Source of the DNA: Octopus sinensis
Lineage: Eukaryota
Assembly: GCF_006345805.1 (NCBI RefSeq)
Contig: NC_043020.1
Coordinates: forward strand, 8,556,001-8,620,000
Length of the DNA stretch: 64,000 nt
Direction of reading: 5' to 3'
The notes under the pieces are model-generated. The model did not search any database. It saw only the letters and a program-made list of their open reading frames with translations, and was not told the origin of the DNA. Each line of letters starts with the position of its first letter. Position 1 is the first letter of the stretch. Positions 55,262 to 64,000 of the stretch are shown piece by piece. A program made the position numbers and the translations under genes.

Positions 55262-55600
55262 AAACTCCACCCATCTAACACCCGTGGACATATTTACAAA
55301 GTAAGAAAACAGCACAGCTCCCATGACTTCAGAAAACATTTTTTTCACGCTGAGAGTTGCTGAAGCATGGAACAAACTGCCGGCATCGGTTGTTAGTTGT
55401 CGGAGCACTGCATCCTTCAAAACTTCCATGCTTCCTGAGATTCGCCAACACTACACTTGATTTTCTCCCCTCCATACACACACAAGCATGTTCACTTTCC
55501 AGACATTTCTACATTACTGCATGTACTTTATATGCACTTTCTGACAAGTTGTGGTGCACCTGAGCATTGTATACAATAATTTCATTATTATTATTATTAT
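55262..55600 (+). mobile_element. CR1/L2-like LINE 3' fragment
   Basis: Near-identical to 3790-4143. Confidence 0.85.
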
Positions 55601-56953
55601 ATAAAAGAGTCGGAATGACATGGAAATTTCGTCATAGATTTTTTTTTCAGGACGTCAACTTTGACAAAATGACAATATGTTTAGGCATAGTTCTAGACTT
55701 CGTTGGCATTCGTTTTTCCTCAAGAAAAAGTTTCAAAAGAAATTCTAGCTGGTAGAATCGTTAGCGAGTCGAACAAAAATGCTTAGCGGCAATTCTTTCG
55801 GCTCTTTACGTTCTGAGTTCAAATCCGTCGAGGTCAAATTTGTCCTTTATTTTATCGACCCTTTTAGGGTCGATAAAATCAACTCCGAGTCAAGTACTGG
55901 GGTCAATGTACTCAATTGCCCCCCCTCAAAATTGCTGGCCTTGTGCCAAAATTGGAAACCACAACTATTAACGATAAACGAGTTAGCAGAGTCGTTAAAG
56001 CGTTGAGAGAAATATGCTTTGTTTTGGGTTCGAATTCTTCCCAAGTTAACTTTGCCTTCCATCCTTTAGGAGTCGATAAAATAAAGTACCCGTGAAGTGC
56101 TGGGCTTGATGTCATCGACCAAACTCTACCTCAAAACTTTCGGCCTTGGAGCGCGTCGGACAAAATACTCAATGGTATTTCTTCCGGCTTTACGTTTTGA
56201 TTTTTAAATACCACTGAAGTCGACTTTGCCTTTCGGGGTCGATAAATTAAGTACCAGTTACGCACTGGGGTCGATGTAATCGACTTAATACCTATGTCTG
56301 TCCTTGTTTGTCCCCTCTGTGTTTAGCCCCTTGTGGGTAGTAAAGAAATAGGTATTTCTTCCGGCTTTACGTTTTGATTTTAAATACCACTGAAACCGAC
56401 TTTGCCTTTCGGGGTCGATAAATTAAGTACCAGTCGAGCACTTGTAGCTGATGTGGTCGACTAGCACCCCCACTTAACACCCAGCTCTTGCGCCTATAGT
56501 ACAAATATTATTACTATTAAAGTTTCTGGTGTATATAAATAAATGTTTGGATGGGTTTTAAGTTATCGGAAATTATATATTACATTCCCCAGTTTACAAA
56601 TAAATCATTATCATTTTACATCAACGACCGCCCAAATTAATTAAACTGAGTTAATCACCGTTGTATAGTATATTTCATAGACATATAACAACACGCCTTA
56701 GAATTTTTGTAGATATCCAAGTGGGGGTTTCACACTTAATGTAAATAACACTTTATAAGACACAAGAGCCTGTAATTACTAAGATTAATTAAACCGACTT
56801 AATTAGTGTTTTATTGTACATTTTATAGATAATGAAACCCCATGGTTTAGAAGTTTTGGAAAAAGTCTCACAGATTATATAGCATGCTGTTTCTATTCGG
56901 GCCCCATTCCGTTTTGTAGCGAGAGGTCATTGTTTATGGTCGATAAGCACTAT

Positions 56954-58050
56954 GGCATACCTACACAAGTTTGCCCCAACCGACTTTGCTTCCTTGCAAC
57001 TTCCAGAAAAATGGACATTTTTTAATGAATTTTTCTACAAACAGACTTCGGATGGTGTAGATTCGGTTTATATGGGAATTTGTTGTGAAAAAAAAAAAAA
57101 GAAACTTCTGTGGGTTAGGAGAAGTTTCGGAAAATTCACTCGGTCATCTTTGTTTCCTTATAACTTTCAGAAAAATAGATATTTTTTGATGAAATTTTCT
57201 GGAAATAACCTTCAGAATTTTGTAGATTACGGTTGTATCGGAATTACATATAACTTTGATAAGTTTCGGCCAATATAGGCCCAGACTATGTCTAACTTAA
57301 TAACACCACCTGATAAAAAAAATTTTTTTTAATGGTGGTTTCGCGCACACACATACACTGACACATCATATATACTCTTTTACTTGTTTCAGTCATTTTG
57401 ACTGCGGCCATGCTGGAGCACCGCCTTTAGTCGAGCAACTCGACCCCGGGACTTATTCTTTGTAAGCCCAGTACTTATTCTAAGTGACGGGGACATAAAC
57501 ACACCAGCATCGGTTGTCAAGCAATGCTAGGGGGACAAACACACACACACATACATATATATATACATATATCCGACAGGCTTCTTTCAGTTTCCGTCTA
57601 CCAAATACACTCATAAGGCTCTGGTCGGCCCGAGGCTATAGTAGAAGACACTTACCCAAGGTGCCACGCAGTGGGACTGAACCCGGAACCATGTGGTTTG
57701 TAGGCAAGCTACTTACCACACAGCCACTCCTGCGCAAAATGTGAAACTTGAAATTTCGAAAAAAAAAAATTGCGTTGTGTGTATGTATGTGTGCGTGCTT
57801 ACCATTTTTCTTTTCACATCAAATTCCAGTACAATTGTTATTTACCTACTTAATGTTATGAGGAAACAACGCTAACTCGAATGAATTTTCAGAAACTCCT
57901 CTCCCCATACCCGGAAAGTTTTTTCCACAACGAATTCCGATACAATCAATCAAAATATGAAGGGTGTTTGTAAAAAAAGATCCATTAAAAATCTTTTTCT
58001 GGAAGTCATGAGGAAATAAAATCGGTGGGGTACTCTTGTGTAGGTATGCC
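56954..58050. mobile_element. Degenerate fold-back DNA element (family H), interrupted by a SINE; relatives at about 25550-25900 and 49205-49550
   Basis: Termini ggcatacctacacaag / cttgtgtaggtatgcc; recurring gtagaaaatttcattaaaaaa and tttctgaaagttat blocks in inverted orientation. Confidence 0.6.
57376..57736 (-). mobile_element. SINE family A nested in a fold-back element
   Basis: Full head, internal deletion. Confidence 0.88.
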
Positions 58051-58533
58051 ATTTATGTTAGGAGTTCCTACGTACGTTTCACCATTTTTTTTTTTTTTTT
58101 TAATTTCGAGCTTTATTTTGTAGATATACTTATGTGTGTGCGCTTAACAATTCTTTTTCACATTTAAATTCCGACATAATCGTTATCTACATCAGCTGAA
58201 TGGGATTTGTAGACATTTTCATTGAAAACTATCCATTTTTTTCCCTGAAAGTTATAAGGAAACAGTCAGGGGCGGGGAGCACACATGTGTATGTGTCTCT
58301 CTTTTACTTGTTTCAGTCATTTGACTGCGGCCATGCTGGAGCACCGTCTTTAGTCGAGCAAATCGACCCCAGAACTTATTCTTTGTAAGCCTAGTACTTA
58401 TTGTATCGGTCTCTTTTGCCGAACGGCTAAGTTACGGTGACGTAAACACACCAACATCGGTTGTCAAGCAATGTCGGTGGGGGGGGGGACAAACACAGAC
58501 ACAAACATATGCATACACACATACACATTATAA

Positions 58534-58568
<35 letters not shown>

Positions 58569-58889
58569 ACACACACATATATACGACGGGCTTCTTTCAG
58601 TTTCCGTCTACCAAATCCAGTCGCAAGGTTTTTCAGAAACTCCTCTCCCCTTTCATACCCGGAAAGTTTTCCTGGGGTCGATTTGTTCGACTAAAGGCGG
58701 TGCTCCAGCATGGCTGCAGTCAAATGACTGAAATAAGTAAAAAAATATATATATCCGTGTAATGAAAAGCAGAAGACAAAGAAAATTCTTTAACATATCC
58801 TTAATTATAAGTTACAAATGTTTCCAAACCATCTCCATTTGCAACGCGAAAATTCCAAATGAAAAATCAGGTAATATTTGCGGTTTTAA

Positions 58890-59430
58890 AGGCGGCGAGC
58901 TGGCAGAAACGTTAGCACACCGGGCGAAATGCTTAGCGGTATTTTGTCTGCTGTTTCGTTCTGAGTTCAAATTCTGCCGAGGTCGACTTTGCCTTTCATC
59001 CTTTCGGGGTCGATAAAGTACCAGTTACGCTCTGGGGTCGATGTAATCGACTTAATCCGTTTGTCTGTCCTTGTTTGTCCTCTCTGTGTATAGCCCCTTG
59101 TGGGTAGTAAAGAAATAGGTATTTCGCCTGTCTCTATGCTCTGAGTTCAAATTCTGGTACTTTCGGGGTCGAGAAATAAAGTACCAGTTACGCACTGGGG
59201 TCGATGTAATCGATTTAATCCGTTTGTCTCTGTGTTTAGCCCCTTGTGGGTAGTAAAGAAATAGGTATTTCGCCTGTCTTTACGCTCCGAGTTCAAATTC
59301 TGCTGAGGTCGACTTTGCCTTTCATCATTTCGGGGTCGATAAATTAAGTACCAGTTGCGTACTGGAGTCGATCTAGTCGACTGGCTCCCGCCCCAGAAAT
59401 TTTGGGCCTTGTGCCTAAAGTAAAGACTAT
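58890..59430 (+). repeat. SINE family C array, about three units
   Basis: Head followed by repeated bodies joined at aaataggtatttcg. Confidence 0.85.
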
Positions 59431-59750
59431 TTGCGGTTCTAGACATTGGAGAGGCACTTCATCAGACTTGCATCCAAAGGTGGGCTGTCATATTGTGCGT
59501 CCGTCTTTCAGACCTTGTTATTAAGAAAATATCGGGAGGAAAAAAAAATTGTGTGGATGCGGGATGAGTATGTGGGGTAGATATTATGTGGCGGGGGTCA
59601 AGAGGATGGATACGCATAATGATACGGGAATGGAAAACGATCAGAAGACGACGGAAGTGAAGTAGGAAAAGAATTGGGTGAAGAAAAGGAAGAGGGAAAA
59701 GTAGATACAGTGGGCAGGGCTGCTTATAGCAAAAAAGGTTTATATATCTA

Positions 59751-60146
59751 CTAGCAGTATCGCCCGGCGTTGCTCGGGTTTGTAAGGGAAATAACTATAT
59801 AATCATTTTTAGAGAGTTATAGCCAAAAAATAGCAAAAAAATGCATTAAAAACGGGAAAAAAAATGGTAAATTTTTTTTAAATCGTTGACTCATCGTAGA
59901 CATTTTTAGAGAGTTACTTCCCTTATATAATAGCGAAAAAATGCATTAAAATGGAAAAAAATTATTGTAAATTTTTTTTTAAATCATAGACTCATCGTAG
60001 ACGCGCGCTAATACCCAGAAGGGCTCGATATGAATCACGACTATAAGATACCCGGTTTTGGATAAACTGCACCGCAAAATGTGGGAGTAGTTAGGAATCT
60101 AAATCGTAGGAGACAGACACACAACTTCTCTTTTATATATAAAAAA
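59751..60146 (-). mobile_element. Non-autonomous Helitron-like element (same family as 37540)
   Basis: actagcagtatcgcccggcgttgctcggg start and a shared body. Confidence 0.85.
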
Positions 60147-60736
60147 TATACACACACTTGAATCTGCAGATGTGCTTCGTGAGGACAAGCCCATTGTTAC
60201 TTATACTGGCAGTGCTCCAACATGGCCACAACCTTTGCGCTGAAACGTGTAAAAGAACACACACATATATATATACAATGCTTTTTTTTTTCTTTTGCAA
60301 ATGACATTTTAATCTTAATTAGTAATGTAATAGCTATACACACCGTGTATTTATTTGTCGTTTACACAGTGTCATATACATAAATTCGTATATACACCTG
60401 TTGCACCGCCGACTGCCGGTTATATTTTAGAAGTGACCGACATCCGACAACTTAATTAAAGGGCATAATGTAAATAAAACTATGTTGACGTCGTGTCTCT
60501 CTGACTTGGCCAACTGTTGTTCAATGATTCACAATATATCCACACACACACACACACATATTCATTTTGTTATTTTTTTACTCACGGCATTTGACTGCGG
60601 CCATGCTGGAGCACCGCCTTAAACGAGTGTAGTCGAGCAATCGACCCTGGTACTTTTTTAAGCATAGTACCTATTCTACTGGTTTCTTTTGTTGAACTGT
60701 AGTTATGGGGATATATATATATTATATATATATTAT

Positions 60737-60778
<42 letters not shown>

Positions 60779-60842
60779 GCGTGTATACCGTTGGCGATTT
60801 TTTTCCTCTGTCTTCCCTTCTCTGGATCTTTCCTTCTCCTAT

Positions 60843-60877
60843 GTTTCCGACGAAGAGCTCCGCTCGAAACGTTAAAC
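60843..60877 (+). ncRNA. Minimal (dimer-type) hammerhead ribozyme motif
   Basis: GTTT-CCGACGA-A-GAGC(TCC)GCTC-GAA-ACGT-T|AAAC: 4-bp helix I, 4-bp helix II, palindromic ACGT in place of helix III; sits in a ~200-bp module between (TA)n tracts. Confidence 0.65.
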
Positions 60878-61112
60878 CATCCTTCTTTCCTGAGCGTCCA
60901 ATAATACAATAATACTATATTTGTTCCACATCCCCCCGTTGTTGTGTTTCTGTGCTTTCATGTTTGGATTAACTTTATATATATAAATTTATATATGAGG
61001 ATAATATCGATATTTAAGTATCAATATTATCAAGTGGCCAGCATGGAAAAAATACCGTACAAAGCTAATAATTTTTAACATGGTGTCTCTCGGACACCCT
61101 CATTTTTAATTG

Positions 61113-61166
<54 letters not shown>

Positions 61167-61468
61167 AAGTGTGTGTGTGTGTATATATATGTATATGAGA
61201 GGGGTAGTAAAGTAAATAGACAGGTTATGGATAAAGAAGTCGCATTTTAAGTTCACATTCATTTGAACCTACTCTATATTAACTCTCTATCTATCTATCA
61301 ATCTATCTATATACATCTATATAAATATTTTTATTTCTTAGTTGAAAAAGGAGTTAAGAAACCATAAGAATCAAGTCACAGTTAAAAAATAAAGGTGGAA
61401 ACGCACAAAAGTATGTTTAGAGATTGTTCGATATTTGTTGCATTGAGTGACTTTTTATAAAAAGTAAA

Positions 61469-61886
61469 GGATCTTTTCGGTTTGAACGGCAGTTTTTCTA
61501 GCGGTGTCATATGAAATTGTCACCCATAATTATGACCCTAGTATCGATCTATTGCATTTCAATCTGTTTTAGGGTTGGTTAGGGGTGGGAGGAAGGTATC
61601 TTTTTTTTTTTCTTCAGAAATGTAAATAAACCCAATCTGTTTCTTAAACGAGGGACATATTCATACAGCACAGAATGTTTTCACCTCAATAGACGTCATT
61701 GATTGGTTGAAATTGCAGAAATTGAAGAAGAAAAAACAACAAATATCTTACAAAGTATAGAATTTTCTCAATAAAGCCAAGAGAAAAAGATGTTTTATAA
61801 ACACATTCTACCAGTATACGAAGTTTAAAAGTGTTTAGTTAGGTGGAAATTATTTGAAAAAACTGCCGTTCAAACCGAAAAGATCC
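61469..61886 (+). mobile_element. MITE family F
   Basis: TIR GGATCTTTTCGGTTTGAACGGCAGTTTTT at both ends. Confidence 0.92.
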
Positions 61887-62379
61887 GAAAGTGCAAGGAA
61901 GTCCATCATGCGCGCGCGTTTATCCCACCGCTTGACACCTGGAGTTCATTTGTTTACATCCCCGTGACTTAGCGATTCGGCAAAGCGGATTGATAGAATA
62001 AGTATCAGACTTCAAAAAATAAGTACTTGTGTCGATTTGTTAGACTAAAACCCTCAAGGCCTGGTTCCAGCAAGGCCGCAGTTCAATGACTGAATCAAGT
62101 TAAATATAAACTTTATTAATGGAGGGGGCGAGCAGATATTTTTGAAAATATTCTTTATTCCAATAACCATTTACCGTTCAAATGGGTCCTGATGCAGAGC
62201 AACGACCCTAAACATGCTACATTTCACTATGTATCAAGCATTTTCATTTGTGACTCAAAAAGAAAACGAACGTCTTGTCTGCCTAATTCCTCCATCTCCA
62301 TTCTTCTCACGATAAAAAAATAATAATAATAATAATCGAACCTAGTCAATAATAACGGATAAAGTTTAGAAACCGTCGA

Positions 62380-62787
62380 GGCGATCTTTCGTCTCTAGTA
62401 GACCTTTCCGTCGATTTCCGTAAAAAAAATTTTTTTTTACATATGGGCTTGCGGGAACTTTTGAAGTAATTTACATACACATACACCGAGTAAAAAATTT
62501 CAGTTATCTCTTTCTTTCACACATTACTCTGTCTCTTCACACACACTAACAGAAGCACTTCACTTACACAACATACTGTCTGTCTCCCACACCCCATCAA
62601 ACACACACACATGTACATCAATGCTACCCATGCACGGTAACTTCAAAAGAACTTCCCTCGTCATACAATCGCTTTCTCTTAGTCTCTTTCGCTCTCATTA
62701 CTTCAAAAGTTCCCGCAAGCCCATATGTAAAAAAAAAAATTTTTTACGGAAATCGACGGAAAGGTCTACTAGAGACGAAAGATTGCC
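62380..62787 (+). mobile_element. MITE family G
   Basis: Same TIRs; TSD accgtcga/actgtcga. Confidence 0.92.
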
Positions 62788-63510
62788 ACTGTCGAATCCC
62801 AACAGTTTGTTCAATGTGATCACAGAATTCTGAGAGCAAATTCGCATTTCTCGTGTCGATATTAGATAGAATCCACGTCTTCAATAGATTGCCGTCATGT
62901 AATAAAAAAAAATCAAAAATGGTCGGACAACAGTAATTATTAATTTTAGTTTCTTGTTTCGTATGTTCTGAGTAAACATAAAGCTTAGTTTTCATGACTA
63001 TCAAGTTACTCTGATGATTAAAAAAAATTGGAAATGCGTATCGTATGTATGGACATCAGGGAAATATGTCCTGTTTATCAGACGATTACACTGGACATGC
63101 AAAAAGTTAAGCAGTTCTGTTAGAGACAGTTTTAGTATGACTTTCGTGAATTATGTTACATGAAATGTGTCTTTATAATGAAGCAATTTGTGACATTAAC
63201 CCTTCGCCTGTCCAAAGCGTTTTCATAAGTTTGTCCTGAATGTCCTATGCTTGTTTTCAGGTTTTTAGTTAACCCTGGTTTCGTACGTTCTGAGTAATAC
63301 AAAGCTTTCCCTTTACAAGTCCCAAATTATTCGGGGGGGGGGTTGAAAGAAACTGGGAATCTGTATAATAATAAGATGTACGAACACCAGGGAAATATAG
63401 TTCTATATTTAAGAGATGAGGAATTATGTGCATTATTTACATTATTTACATTTGACGGATATATCAGCTGAAACGTTTTGTTAACAACAAACAAGATGAG
63501 GACAAATATT

Positions 63511-63926
63511 GGATCTTTTCGGTTTGAACGGCAGTTTTTTCAAATAATTTCCACGTAACTAAACACTTTTAAACTTCGTATACTGGTAGAATGTGTTTAT
63601 AAAATATATTTTTCTCTTGGCTTTATTGAGAAAATTCTATAATTTGTAAGATATTTGTTGTTGTTTTTCTTCAATTTCTGCAATTTCAACCAATCAATGA
63701 CGTCCATTTGGGGTGAAAACATTATGTGCCGTATGAATATGTCCCTCGTTTAAGAAACAGATTGGGTTTATTTACATTTCTGAAGAAAAAAGATACCCTT
63801 CCCCCCACCCCTAACCTAACCCTAAAACAGATTGAAATGCAATAGATCGATACTAGGGTCATAATTATGGGTGACAATTTCATATGACACCACTAGAAAA
63901 AACTGCCGTTCAAACCGAAAAGATCC
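63511..63926 (-). mobile_element. MITE family F, inverted relative to 61469
   Basis: Same TIRs; exact 8-bp TSD CAAATATT. Confidence 0.93.
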
Positions 63927-64000
63927 CAAATATTCGTCAAATGTAAATAATGTACCAGGGAAATATGTTCTGTTTATCGCATGAGATTTATTGGAAAGGC

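Overview
AT-rich, microsatellite- and retroposon-dense eukaryotic DNA. The SINE, MITE and microsatellite repertoire looks like an octopus (coleoid cephalopod) genome; this is inferred from repeat content only. Two genes are supported. (1) COMMD7 on the minus strand: 8 coding exons from the ATG at 20261 down to 2354, all GT-AG and phase-consistent; the final exon appears to lie left of the window. (2) An unidentified plus-strand gene represented by one 739-nt exon (51639-52377, 241 codons, donor at 52378). The rest is repeats: at least four SINE-type families, CR1/L2-like and RTE-like LINE remnants, a decayed maT-like (DD37D) and a mariner transposon, Helitron-like elements, two 8-bp-TSD MITE families, fold-back elements, mini- and microsatellites, and one 100-N gap. 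The most striking signal is a set of short modules embedded in (TA)n/(TG)n tracts. Most are long near-perfect palindromes, and four or five fold into type I hammerhead ribozyme motifs of the Penelope-element kind (12.2, 46.7, 52.6 and 60.9 kb, plus a degenerate one at 49.0 kb), several with a recurrent CCGA core variant. Several inverted repeat pairs also bracket exons in a geometry that could promote back-splicing or RNA editing. No databases or folding programs were run; all coordinates were read by hand and repeat boundaries are approximate.
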